NCBI RefSeq assembly: GCF_030525845.1
Contig: NZ_JAUNDY010000003.1
Location: 72,552 to 136,551, forward strand
Origin: Moraxella sp.
GTDB lineage: Bacteria > Pseudomonadota > Gammaproteobacteria > Pseudomonadales > Moraxellaceae
Direction: 5' to 3'
Length of the DNA stretch: 64,000 nucleotides
Under the pieces are notes generated by a model. It worked only from the letters and a program-made list of their open reading frames with translations, was not told the DNA's origin and did no database searches. This document shows, one piece after another, positions 9,396 to 19,285 of the stretch (positions are counted from its first letter, which is position 1; each line of letters begins with the position of its first letter). A program made the translations under genes and the position numbers.

Positions 9396-10892
9396 TTATT
9401 TATTTTTACCATCATGGTTTGGATGGCTCTTGATGCGTGGCAACACAAGTGCCGACAACGCAAACAGAGCCACCACACCCCAACCAAACACCAGTAGCGT
9501 GCCTGTGGTATAGCCCTCGTAGTTCTTTTGAAACAATTCCACAAGCGACAAAGACAAAGTTACGATGAGTGATACAGGCGTAATCACCGTCAGCATAAAC
9601 GCCCAACCTTTGCCAAGTTTGATGCTTGAAATACGGTTGTTATGCTCAATGAGTTTTGGTAGTAGGCTACGGTGTACCCATGTTACCCAGATGATTGACA
9701 AAATCGCCCCAAACACAATGCCGATATTGTTGGCAAAATGGTCGATGATGTCCACCAAAATGAGTGCACTGGTGGTTGAGAATAGGATGATTGAGATGAT
9801 GGCACTACCCCCACCGACAATGGTCACGGCTTTGTTTTTGGACCAGCCGAATTTATCCTGCACGGCACTGATTGGCACTTGTAGGATACTTGCCATGGAC
9901 GTAACGCCCGCCACAAACAGCGAGGCAAAGAACAAGAAACCAACTAGATTGCCCACACCCCCCATCGTGGAGATGATTTTTGGAAACACCATAAAGGCAA
10001 GACCAGGTCCGCCTGCTGCCACGTCTTTGATACCCACACCTTGCGTATGTGCCATAAAGCCAATGGCAGAAAAGATACCAATACCAGCAAGCAGCTCAAA
10101 GGACGAGTTGGCAAAGCCCACCACCAAGCCTGAACCTGTCAAGTTGGCATTCTTTTTAAGGTAGGAGGCGTAAGTTACCATGATACCAAAGCCAATTGAC
10201 ATCGAGAAAAACACATGTCCATAGGCAGCAAGCCATACTTTGGAACTGGCAAGACCTGACCAATCTGGCTTAAAAAAGCCGTCCAAGCCCAGCGACGCAC
10301 CCTCCAATGATACCGCTTTGGCAACCATGATACCAAACATCACGATGAGCAAAGGGATAAAGATTTTGTTGCAAAGCTCCACACCCTTTTTGATACCGCC
10401 ATACATGATGAGCAGCACCAAAGCCCATACCACCACCAAGCCGATGAATAAGTTTGGCAGATAAGTGAACTCAACCGCACTCGCCATTTGCAAATATTGG
10501 CTTAAAAAGAAAGTTTTTGGGTCATCGCCCCAAGATTGGTCAAGAGCAAAAATGGTGTAGTTACCCGCCCAGCTTAGTACGGATGCATAATAAATACCGA
10601 TGACGGTACATACCGCCACCTGCCACCAGCCAATGCCTTCGGCGGATTTAACCAAACGGCGATAAGCGGTGGGCGGAGCACCTTTATATTTTTGCCCCAC
10701 GATATAGTCCAAAAACAGCAAGGGAAAACCCGCCGTCAAAAGTGCAACCAAATAAGGCAAAAAGAATGCCCCACCACCATTTTCATAAGCGACATAAGGG
10801 AAGCGCCAAATGTTTCCAAGCCCCACTGCCGACCCAATCGCCGCCAAGATAAATCCTGACCGAGCCGACCAACTTTCACGTTCTGTACTCAT
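9396..10892 (-). CDS. Sodium-dependent transporter, NSS/SNF family
   Basis: 'GFILAAIGSAVGLGNIWRFPYVAYENGGGAFFLPY' NSS signature; 498 aa. Confidence 0.85.
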   Translation of the reverse strand: MSTERESWSARSGFILAAIGSAVGLGNIWRFPYVAYENGGGAFFLPYLVALLTAGFPLLFLDYIVGQKYKGAPPTAYRRLVKSAEGIGWWQVAVCTVIGIYYASVLSWAGNYTIFALDQSWGDDPKTFFLSQYLQMASAVEFTYLPNLFIGLVVVWALVLLIMYGGIKKGVELCNKIFIPLLIVMFGIMVAKAVSLEGASLGLDGFFKPDWSGLASSKVWLAAYGHVFFSMSIGFGIMVTYASYLKKNANLTGSGLVVGFANSSFELLAGIGIFSAIGFMAHTQGVGIKDVAAGGPGLAFMVFPKIISTMGGVGNLVGFLFFASLFVAGVTSMASILQVPISAVQDKFGWSKNKAVTIVGGGSAIISIILFSTTSALILVDIIDHFANNIGIVFGAILSIIWVTWVHRSLLPKLIEHNNRISSIKLGKGWAFMLTVITPVSLIVTLSLSLVELFQKNYEGYTTGTLLVFGWGVVALFALSALVLPRIKSHPNHDGKNK

Positions 10893-11080
10893 GTTTTTTC
10901 CTTTCGTGTTTGTCGTGTTTTAGTTAAGAACTGCCATTTACCAAAAAAATCATGGCAAATTTTAAAAACAATCCTGTCAGCATAGTTTGATTGACTTAAT
11001 CAAAAAAGTCAAGCCCAAAAAAGCAAAACCCATAAAATGATTTTATGGGTTGATAATTCATTGATAACTTTATGGATATT

Positions 11081-11854
11081 TTAGCGAATCAAACCACGCT
11101 GGCTATTTGTCAAAGAATCAATAAAAAGCTGAATTTTTGGTTCGTCCGCCACCATGTCAGCAAGGCTCGCCAATACGTCTGCCTTGATTTTGCCAGAGCG
11201 AAACACCAAATCATAAGCCTCATCAAGTTTGGCGATGGTTTCTTGGCTCCACCCTTTGCGTCTCATGCCTTCTTTGTTCATGCCGTGTACTTTGGCAGGG
11301 TTGCCAGACACCGTAGTAAAGGCACAGACATCTTTTAAAATCAAACTCGCCCCACCCACCATCGCATAATCATCAATGCGACAAAACTGATGTACGCCTG
11401 ACTGCCCACCAACAATCACATAATTACCAACATGAGCATGACCTGCCACACCCACGTTGTTGGCAAAAATATTATGATTGCCAATCATGCAATCATGGGC
11501 GATGTGGGTATTTACCATAAATAGGTTGCCATTGCCAATCTTGGTAAGATTACCCCCATCTGCCGTGCCACGATGAAACGTGCAAGACTCACGAATGCGG
11601 TTGTCATCGCCCACTTCTAAGTAGGTGGTTTCGCCTTTGAATTTTAAGTCTTGTGGCACTTCGCCAATGCTGGCAAACTGAAAAATTTCGTTGCGTTTGC
11701 CGATGGTGGTATTATCGCCAATGATGACATGGGATTTTAAAATGGTGTCCTCGCCAATCGTGCTGTTTTTACCCACGATACAATATGCCCCAATCGTGGC
11801 GGTGGGGTCGATGGTTGCGGTTGGGTCAATGATGGCGGTAGGGTGAATGTTCAT
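11081..11854 (-). CDS. lpxA: Acyl-ACP--UDP-N-acetylglucosamine O-acyltransferase
   Basis: Hexapeptide-repeat left-handed beta-helix; 257 aa; position after fabZ. Confidence 0.9.
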   Translation of the reverse strand: MNIHPTAIIDPTATIDPTATIGAYCIVGKNSTIGEDTILKSHVIIGDNTTIGKRNEIFQFASIGEVPQDLKFKGETTYLEVGDDNRIRESCTFHRGTADGGNLTKIGNGNLFMVNTHIAHDCMIGNHNIFANNVGVAGHAHVGNYVIVGGQSGVHQFCRIDDYAMVGGASLILKDVCAFTTVSGNPAKVHGMNKEGMRRKGWSQETIAKLDEAYDLVFRSGKIKADVLASLADMVADEPKIQLFIDSLTNSQRGLIR

Positions 11855-11875
11855 AGCTTATCCAAATTTACCCAA

Positions 11876-12391
11876 TTAAATCTTTTGGCGAGCAATCATA
11901 ATCTCAGCACTACACGCCAATTTGTCATCGACATGGGCGGTGCATTCAAATTTATAAATTTCACGCTTGGCGGTAACGAGCTTTGAGCGAATGACGAGCG
12001 TGTCGCCTGTGCTGACAAGTTTTTTAAAACGCACCTTATCCACACCTGCAAACAGATACAAATAACCATCCTCACTCGATTGCCCTGCACTCACAAAGCC
12101 CAAAATGCCAGAAAGCTGTGCCATCGCCTCCACCATCAGCACGCCCGGCATGACAGGGTTGTCAGGAAAATGTCCGTTAAATAGCTCTTCGTTAATGGTA
12201 ATGTTTTTATAACCTGTAATCCAGTTATCTGCTGAAACGGCAGTAACTCGATCAATGAGCATAAAAGGATAACGGTGTGGCAAATAACGCTTAATCACGT
12301 CATAATGAAATGGCAAAGTTAAATTTTGCTCAGCAAGGCGTGCGTGGTCTTGCTCACTCATTAAATTAAGGTCTAAAATACTGTTACTCAT
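11876..12391 (-). CDS. fabZ: 3-hydroxyacyl-ACP dehydratase
   Basis: 'LPHRYPFMLIDRV' and 'GHFPDNPVMPGVLMVEAMAQ' FabZ motifs. Confidence 0.9.
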   Translation of the reverse strand: MSNSILDLNLMSEQDHARLAEQNLTLPFHYDVIKRYLPHRYPFMLIDRVTAVSADNWITGYKNITINEELFNGHFPDNPVMPGVLMVEAMAQLSGILGFVSAGQSSEDGYLYLFAGVDKVRFKKLVSTGDTLVIRSKLVTAKREIYKFECTAHVDDKLACSAEIMIARQKI

Positions 12392-13374
12392 TGGGTGTTC
12401 CTAGATTTGAATGATTGTTTTTGTCCAGAATGACGAAACTTAATGGTTGCTCGTTGCCAATCACTCGTTGGCATCGCCACCGTCCCTGATGAATATGAGC
12501 CTGCTTTATCAATGCTTTGAGCGACAAACGTCCGCCCTGTCAGCGTTACGCCATCGGCAATGGTCAAATGTCCTGCAATGCCTACACCACCACCAATGAT
12601 ACAATTCGCCCCAATGTGCGTACTACCCGCCACACCTGTCATGGACGCAATCGCTGTGCCACGTCCGATGTGGACATTATGGGCGATTTGGACTAGGTTA
12701 TCAATAATCACATCATCGCCAATGACCGTATCGCCCACCGCTCCTCTGTCCACGCAGGTATTTGCACCGATACGGACACGGCTACCGATGATGACTTTGC
12801 CAAGCTGATGGATTTTTTGCCATGCCAAGCCCTCTGCCCCCATTTTGGGAGCAAAGCCAAAACCCTCTGCCCCAATACTGGCATGAGCATGGATTTGCAC
12901 GTCATCACCAAGTATCGAGTGATGGTGAATGATGACATGACTATCAATCTTACAATCATCGCCAATCTCTACAAACTCACCAATGACCGCATACGCCCCA
13001 ATGCTCGGATTTTTGCCAATCTTGGCGGTGGGAGCAATGATGGCGGTGGGGTGAATTTGGGGGGTGGTTTGATAAGCAAATAACCCACTCACGGACGCAT
13101 ACGCCAAATAGGCATCTTTGACAATGACAATCACGGTGTTTGGCAAATTTGGCAAATCATGTGCAAACCGCTCGGAAATCAGCACCACGCCTGCTTGTGT
13201 GTTTGCCAATTCAGGCAAATATTTGCCCTTTGCCAAAAACGCCAAACTGTGCCCATCTGCCATCGCCAAATCCGCCACACGATTGACTAAGCAAGTAGCA
13301 TTTACTAACTCGGATTTATTGACAACCGTTTGGCAAAGCTCAATGGCGTTGATGATTTGGGATAATTCAGCCAT
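12388..13374 (-). CDS. lpxD: UDP-3-O-(3-hydroxyacyl)glucosamine N-acyltransferase
   Basis: Hexapeptide repeats; 328 aa; between bamA and fabZ; start ATG overlaps the bamA stop (TAATG). Confidence 0.85.
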   Translation of the reverse strand: MAELSQIINAIELCQTVVNKSELVNATCLVNRVADLAMADGHSLAFLAKGKYLPELANTQAGVVLISERFAHDLPNLPNTVIVIVKDAYLAYASVSGLFAYQTTPQIHPTAIIAPTAKIGKNPSIGAYAVIGEFVEIGDDCKIDSHVIIHHHSILGDDVQIHAHASIGAEGFGFAPKMGAEGLAWQKIHQLGKVIIGSRVRIGANTCVDRGAVGDTVIGDDVIIDNLVQIAHNVHIGRGTAIASMTGVAGSTHIGANCIIGGGVGIAGHLTIADGVTLTGRTFVAQSIDKAGSYSSGTVAMPTSDWQRATIKFRHSGQKQSFKSRNTQ

Positions 13375-15779
13375 TAAAATACGCTACCGATTTGGAATTG
13401 GACGTTTTCTACTTGGTCGTTATCCTTATTATTTAGTGGCTTGGCATAACTGATGGAGATAGGACCGATTGGCGTGTACCACGTTACGCCCACGCCTGCA
13501 CTATAACGAAGTTCTTTGTCTTGTTCAACGTAGGTTAGGTTGTCATAAGCTATGCCAAGATTAGGCATATTAATGGTTTCTGTGTCTAATTTAGTGGTGT
13601 CAAATACCTGACCTGCATCAAAGAAAATCACAGGGCGTATTTGATCAGCCCAATCTCCCTTAAATGGCACAGGCAAAATCAGCTCAGTCCCAAAAGTAGC
13701 AACGGCATTACCGCCCATCTCTGCACCACGCACAGTACGACGACCATTCGCCAAGTAGGTATAGGCTTGTGATTGTGGACCTAAACTTGATGCCTCAAAG
13801 CCACGCACCGAACCATAGCCCCCTGCATAGAAGTTTTCATAAAATGGCAGATTATTGCCATAACCCAAACGAGCATGACCACGTAGTACCATACCCTTCC
13901 AAAGTGGGTAGTAGGCGTTGGTGCGGTAGGTTAGTTTTTGGTAGGTTTGATCGCCAAAGCCTAAATTTAGGTCAACATTATGGCTTATCCCTTTGGTGGG
14001 AAATACAGGTCTGTCAAGACTTGAATAGCTCCAACCCAATACACCACCATAAGTGGCATAGTCATGTGCAAAACTATCATCATTAAAATCAGTTGTGCCA
14101 TTACGGTCGATGCTGCCACCATCTTCTAATAACTGCTTGACATTGGCAATACCCATATAAGGACCGCCACGCACTTTGGTTTTATCTAAGGTAAAACCAC
14201 CGCTGATGCGTTGTTTTTCGTCAATAGGATAACCATAAATCAGACTTGCCCCATACGAGTCAAGCACATAATTTGAGATGTTTTTGTCATCGTATTTGGT
14301 TTTTCGATAATAAGCATTTACACTCTGAGATACGCCATTGACCGTAAAGTAAGGGTCGGTCATGCCCAAGCTATAATTATCACGTGTCTCAGAACGGCTA
14401 AATGAAATATTGGCTTTGTTGCCCGTACCCATGAAGTTTGATTGCGACAAATCCACTTGGAATGTCATACCACCGCTTTGTGAATAACCTGCGGCAATGG
14501 TTGAAGAACCTGACGGTTGCTCCTCCACGATATAATTGACATCTACTTGGTCGGGACTGTTTGGTACAGGCTTAACATCGACTTGCACGTCCTTAAAAAA
14601 TCCTGTACGCATGAGGCGTGCACGAGACAGCTGGATTTTTTGGGCAGAAGTCAACGCCCCTTCAAGCTGACGCATCTCACGGCGTAAGACTTCATCTTTG
14701 GTTTTTAGGTTACCCGTAAAATTAATATGACGAACATAGACAGGGCGAGCTGGGTCAATATAATAATCCACATCCACCGTCAATGTTTCATCATTAATGC
14801 GTGAGATAGGACGAATTTGGGCGTAATAATAACCATCATCGCCAAATTTCGCACCAATCTTGGCACTGGTTGCATCTAGGTCTTTTTGAGAATATGTTTG
14901 CCCTTCCTTGAACTCAATCAACTCAGCCAGCTCTTCGCTCTTATAAGTAGGATTGCCCAAAAATTGGGTTTTACCAAACTTGTACTGCTTACCCTCGCTA
15001 ATACTCGCCTCAATAAACACCTTTTGTTTTTCATCATCGATGTTTAGAGTGGCATTATCCACACTAAATCGCACAAAACCTTCATTTAGGTACTTGGCTT
15101 TTAGGTTTTCAAGGCTAGCATTGAGTTTTTCTTGGGTATAGCGATTAGAGCGAGATAAGGGATTTAGCTTTTTGTCTTTTAGAACAAATTCATCTTTTAG
15201 GTCATCATCACTAAAAAACTCATTACCGATGATATTAATATCCACCACTTTGGCAGGCTTACCTTCGGTAAAATTAATATCCAACTTCACACGGTTGCCA
15301 TCAAGCTCGGTCTGCTTTACTTCAACATCAATGTTATAGTAACCTTGCGAGATGTATTGATTTTCAAGCTCGTTTTCTAGGCTTTGGACAGTAGATTGTT
15401 TTAAAACACCACCAACCATGAGCCCTGCACTCTCCAAGCCTTGTTTTAGACCATCATTAGGGATGAGCTTATTGCCATCAAAATTTAGCTCGGCGATGAT
15501 GGGGCGTTCTACTACATAAAACACCACTCTGCCATCTTGCACATCTGCTTGCACATTTGAAAACTGCTCGGTGGCATACAAGGCACGAATGCTATCTGCC
15601 AATGTCTCACTATTTAGCTCGCTACCCACCTCCAAAGGTAACGCCATACGCACACTTTGGGGGGTCAGTCGGCTAAACCCTGCAAAGTCAATCGCCCTCA
15701 CCACCTCAGCATAGGCATTTGCTGTCATACATGTCGCTACCGACACTGCTAAAATTTTTGTCAAAAAAGAAGTACGCAT
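13374..15779 (-). CDS. bamA: Outer-membrane protein assembly factor BamA
   Basis: 801 aa, signal peptide, POTRA region, C-terminal beta-barrel ending '...FQIGSVF'. Confidence 0.9.
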   Translation of the reverse strand: MRTSFLTKILAVSVATCMTANAYAEVVRAIDFAGFSRLTPQSVRMALPLEVGSELNSETLADSIRALYATEQFSNVQADVQDGRVVFYVVERPIIAELNFDGNKLIPNDGLKQGLESAGLMVGGVLKQSTVQSLENELENQYISQGYYNIDVEVKQTELDGNRVKLDINFTEGKPAKVVDINIIGNEFFSDDDLKDEFVLKDKKLNPLSRSNRYTQEKLNASLENLKAKYLNEGFVRFSVDNATLNIDDEKQKVFIEASISEGKQYKFGKTQFLGNPTYKSEELAELIEFKEGQTYSQKDLDATSAKIGAKFGDDGYYYAQIRPISRINDETLTVDVDYYIDPARPVYVRHINFTGNLKTKDEVLRREMRQLEGALTSAQKIQLSRARLMRTGFFKDVQVDVKPVPNSPDQVDVNYIVEEQPSGSSTIAAGYSQSGGMTFQVDLSQSNFMGTGNKANISFSRSETRDNYSLGMTDPYFTVNGVSQSVNAYYRKTKYDDKNISNYVLDSYGASLIYGYPIDEKQRISGGFTLDKTKVRGGPYMGIANVKQLLEDGGSIDRNGTTDFNDDSFAHDYATYGGVLGWSYSSLDRPVFPTKGISHNVDLNLGFGDQTYQKLTYRTNAYYPLWKGMVLRGHARLGYGNNLPFYENFYAGGYGSVRGFEASSLGPQSQAYTYLANGRRTVRGAEMGGNAVATFGTELILPVPFKGDWADQIRPVIFFDAGQVFDTTKLDTETINMPNLGIAYDNLTYVEQDKELRYSAGVGVTWYTPIGPISISYAKPLNNKDNDQVENVQFQIGSVF

Positions 15780-15961
15780 AACCCTTTACTCAAAATCATA
15801 AAATTGTCATTTGTCGCCACAACTGCGTGATTGATGTGAAGTTGTGAAATGCTGTGTTTTCATATGGTGTAAGTTAAGCTAAAAAAGTGATTTTGGCAAG
15901 CAAAATTCTCATTTTTTCGAAAAAATTCTTGCATTGTTACGCAATTCTTGCCAAATCACGC

Positions 15962-17338
15962 CTAACCGAAAAATCGTGTAATGTCATTGCTAATTGCCAG
16001 TAACATCAGCCCCAGCATCGCCACCATGCCGATATTTAGCCCCATGATTTGCACTCGTTCAGATAAGGGCTTACCAACAATCAGCTCATAAAGAGCATAC
16101 AAAATATGACCACCGTCAAGCACAGGAATGGGCAGCAAATTTAGCACCGCCAAAGACAGGCTAATCAACGCAGTGGTGGACAGCACGGTCAAAAACCCCA
16201 TCTCAAAACTTTGCTTGGACACATCAGCGATGGTAATCGGACCTGACAAATTTTCAAGACCGATTAAACCTGAGAGCATTTTACCCATTGATTTTAAGGT
16301 CATGACAGATAAGTCATAAGTGCGAGTCAAGGAAGCCATGATCGCTTCACTCGGTGTACGGTTAATCACGGTTTTATAATCGTCAGGCACGGCAATTTTA
16401 TCGTGATTTGCCACTATTGCTCCAATTTGCCCCACTTTTTCACGACTGCCCTTGACTGCTTTGCCTTGTGGCATAATGCCAAGTGTCAACTCGCTACCAT
16501 CTCGCAAAACGCTAAATTGTAACATTTTTTCAGGGTTTTTTCTAATAATTTCGGTAGCGTCCTGCCAAGTGGCGATGGGCGTATCATTAATCTTGATAAG
16601 TTTATCGCCCGCCTTTAAGCCCATCAATGCCCCTGCCCCATCAGGGGTCAGCTCGCCAATCACAGGGTTAATGACAGGCTCCCATGCACCAATGCCAAGC
16701 ACGGTTAGGGGGTCTTTGTTTTTGTCATCGCCTTGTAAAAAGTTGTTAATGGGCAAATTAACCGCAAGTTGATTATTTAAGTCATTATTTTTTAATACTT
16801 TAATTTCAACTTCTCCTGTCTCGCCTTGACGGTCAGCAAGGGCATAAAATACCCCCTGCCAAGTGTCCACTTCCTTACCGTCCACCGCCACGATTTTATC
16901 GCCCACCACAAGTCCACTTGCAACCGCTGGTTCGGCAACTTTACCAATACGAGTATTAAGCTGTTCACTTGGATTTAAAAAAATCACAAAAAACAGCCCA
17001 ATGGCGATGATAAAATTCATCACAGGACCTGCGATGACGATGGCGATTTTTTTAAGGGGGTGGGCGTTATTAAAGGCTAAATGGCGTTCATTTTCAGCCA
17101 CTTCGCCTTCTCGCTCGTCCAGCATTTTGACATAGCCCCCCAAAGGCAAGGCACTAATGCGGTAATCAATGCCTGTTTTTGGCGAAGTCCAGCCAAAAAT
17201 TCTAGGACCCATGCCAATAGAATAAGTCAAAACCTTAACCCCACACAGGCGAGCAACAATATAATGCCCCCATTCGTGTAAGGCAACCAGCGGGGTCAAA
17301 ACACAAACCGCCGCCAAAAACATCAGTAATGCGTTCAT
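15962..17338 (-). CDS. rseP: RIP zinc metalloprotease RseP (site-2 protease)
   Basis: 'HEWGHYIVAR' HExxH in TM1, PDZ domains, C-terminal 'LNLLPIPVLDGGH'. Confidence 0.9.
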   Translation of the reverse strand: MNALLMFLAAVCVLTPLVALHEWGHYIVARLCGVKVLTYSIGMGPRIFGWTSPKTGIDYRISALPLGGYVKMLDEREGEVAENERHLAFNNAHPLKKIAIVIAGPVMNFIIAIGLFFVIFLNPSEQLNTRIGKVAEPAVASGLVVGDKIVAVDGKEVDTWQGVFYALADRQGETGEVEIKVLKNNDLNNQLAVNLPINNFLQGDDKNKDPLTVLGIGAWEPVINPVIGELTPDGAGALMGLKAGDKLIKINDTPIATWQDATEIIRKNPEKMLQFSVLRDGSELTLGIMPQGKAVKGSREKVGQIGAIVANHDKIAVPDDYKTVINRTPSEAIMASLTRTYDLSVMTLKSMGKMLSGLIGLENLSGPITIADVSKQSFEMGFLTVLSTTALISLSLAVLNLLPIPVLDGGHILYALYELIVGKPLSERVQIMGLNIGMVAMLGLMLLAISNDITRFFG

Positions 17339-17464
17339 AGATTTTTAAATTTTTAAGAAAATCAACCGATTATTAAAGCAGGTTTTTTATGATTTTTCAA
17401 GATGGGAATTGTAAGCTTAATCCGTCAGAATAAAAACACTTGGTTTTATTCGATAAATTTTTGA

Positions 17465-18361
17465 TTATAATGATTTTTGCACATTTTCTCTTTCCACTTC
17501 CAAATGTTGTACCAAAAATGTCATTAACTTTTGGTATTTGGTTTCTGAAAAACGATAAGGATTGAAAAAGTCTATTACCGAACGAAACATTACCCCAATG
17601 ACATCCCTCATATATAAAGACAAATAAAAGCAAGGGGCAATAATGAAACAAAACAAGATAATGCAAAAAATTGCATTAACAAATAATTGCCCTAATAGCT
17701 CATCAGGGTTATCTGGTCTAAAAAAATTAATCAATAAAATAGCTGATAAAGAAAACAAGGCAATCAACAATCCATTAATTCTTGGTTTTGCTTCTGAATG
17801 GTAAGTGTATTTTTTCCACTGAAAATGATAAAAATAAGGATAATTATCACTATATTTTTTCCACTCTTCAAGTCTCTTAACCAATTCATATACAGAATAA
17901 TTATTTCCAAATCTATTTTTTAGCCAGTCTGCTTTAATATCATAGATATTTTGGTATTGGGTATTATATTGTTGATTGTATTTTTTAATAATGTTTTTTT
18001 CATTCATACCAATTATTTTATAATACACACCAAAAGCAGGAAACCAGAAAATCATTGGTAACATATTTAAAAAGTCATTATTATAATGAATGGATTTTGG
18101 GACAATTTTTATTGTCAAAAACACACCAAGAAATATAAAGACAAAAAATAATGGCAATAGCAACCATTGAAAACCCTGCAAATTCCTTAACGAATGCAAA
18201 TCTGCATAAAACTCATTAATAATTTTAATAGTTTGATTTTCATACTTTTTATTTTTATTTTGAACAGCTTGCATATTTTCATCAGACAGCCTTTTGATTT
18301 CAATGGTTAATTCTGTGAATTTTTGCAAAAAATTTTGATAAATTTGTGTTATTTTTTCCAT
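17465..18361 (-). CDS. Hypothetical polytopic membrane protein (about 4 TM), low GC
   Basis: 298 aa; N-terminal coiled-coil-like segment then TM helices; Tyr/Asn/Lys-rich AT-biased composition; no family I recognise. Confidence 0.4.
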   Translation of the reverse strand: MEKITQIYQNFLQKFTELTIEIKRLSDENMQAVQNKNKKYENQTIKIINEFYADLHSLRNLQGFQWLLLPLFFVFIFLGVFLTIKIVPKSIHYNNDFLNMLPMIFWFPAFGVYYKIIGMNEKNIIKKYNQQYNTQYQNIYDIKADWLKNRFGNNYSVYELVKRLEEWKKYSDNYPYFYHFQWKKYTYHSEAKPRINGLLIALFSLSAILLINFFRPDNPDELLGQLFVNAIFCIILFCFIIAPCFYLSLYMRDVIGVMFRSVIDFFNPYRFSETKYQKLMTFLVQHLEVERENVQKSL

Positions 18362-18384
18362 TAATATTACTCACTTTTAAATAA

Positions 18385-18741
18385 TCAACTCTCTTTTTCT
18401 TTTAGTCGATTTGCCAATCTCTCCATACAATCCATTAACAAATCCCTATCACTTTCAGACAAATCTGCTAACAAATTTTCAATCCTGCGACTGTGGTCAT
18501 TGATACGCACACTCCCACCACCAAGCAAATCAGATGCAGAACAACCAAAAATCTCCGCCAATTCCAATAGGCGAGCCACATTGGGCATAATTAGCCCCCT
18601 TTCCATTCGTGAAACCGTTTCGTTCCCCAATTGCAATAGCTCCGCTAGCTTTTCTTGGGTGTAGCCATTTTGTTGACGATACTTGGCAATCGTTTTACCA
18701 ATTAGCTTATTGGTCTCTTGATAGTTAATAGTTGTATACAT
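18385..18741 (-). CDS. XRE-family helix-turn-helix transcriptional regulator
   Basis: 'GYTQEKLAELLQLGNETVSRMERG' HTH_3 motif; 118 aa; immediately upstream of the membrane-protein gene. Confidence 0.7.
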   Translation of the reverse strand: MYTTINYQETNKLIGKTIAKYRQQNGYTQEKLAELLQLGNETVSRMERGLIMPNVARLLELAEIFGCSASDLLGGGSVRINDHSRRIENLLADLSESDRDLLMDCMERLANRLKEKES

Positions 18742-18878
18742 CTTAATTCCACTTCTTATGTTGAAATTGATATATATTTCAACATTTTAAGTAGATTTTT
18801 AAGGGATTTAAAAGTTGAATACTAGGCTTTTTAAGTTGAATTTTGTAAAATATCCAAAAATTTTCACGGAGCTATTCT

Positions 18879-19184
18879 ATGGGCAAAATTTCTGCTGTAA
18901 TCATATTGGTAATTGCTTTGTTTTCTTGGCAACAATTTAAGGAAAATTCAAATAAAAACAATGAGTTATATAATGAAACACACAATGAGCCAGTTGTACC
19001 AACCACCAATAAACAACAAATATTTTCCAACACCAACCAAAGTCAATTCCGCTGTGATGGGCGAACACATTGCTCACAGATGACTTCTTGTGCGGAAGCC
19101 ACTTTCTTTATCAATAACTGCCCAAACACCAAAATGGACGGCAATAAAGACGGTATTCCTTGTGAAAAACAATGGTGCAAATAA
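18879..19184 (+). CDS. Secreted Excalibur (extracellular Ca-binding) domain protein
   Basis: N-terminal signal/TM; C-terminal 'DGNKDGIPCE' DxDxDGxxCE Excalibur motif. Confidence 0.6.
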   Translation: MGKISAVIILVIALFSWQQFKENSNKNNELYNETHNEPVVPTTNKQQIFSNTNQSQFRCDGRTHCSQMTSCAEATFFINNCPNTKMDGNKDGIPCEKQWCK

Positions 19185-19285
19185 ACAATTATGCTTAGTC
19201 AATCCCAAAAAATACCAAATAAAAAACACCATTTTCCCATTTAAATAAAAAATGGTGTTTTGTTTGCTACCAAATACAATTTATC

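Noticed and set aside
9257-9544. 95-aa ORF as called (MWNCFKRTTR...)
   Set aside because: The N-terminal 53 codons overlap the NSS transporter 3' end and are Cys/Trp/Arg-rich nonsense. The real gene is the 42-aa MetS-like ORF starting at the internal ATG (9385) with a strong RBS.
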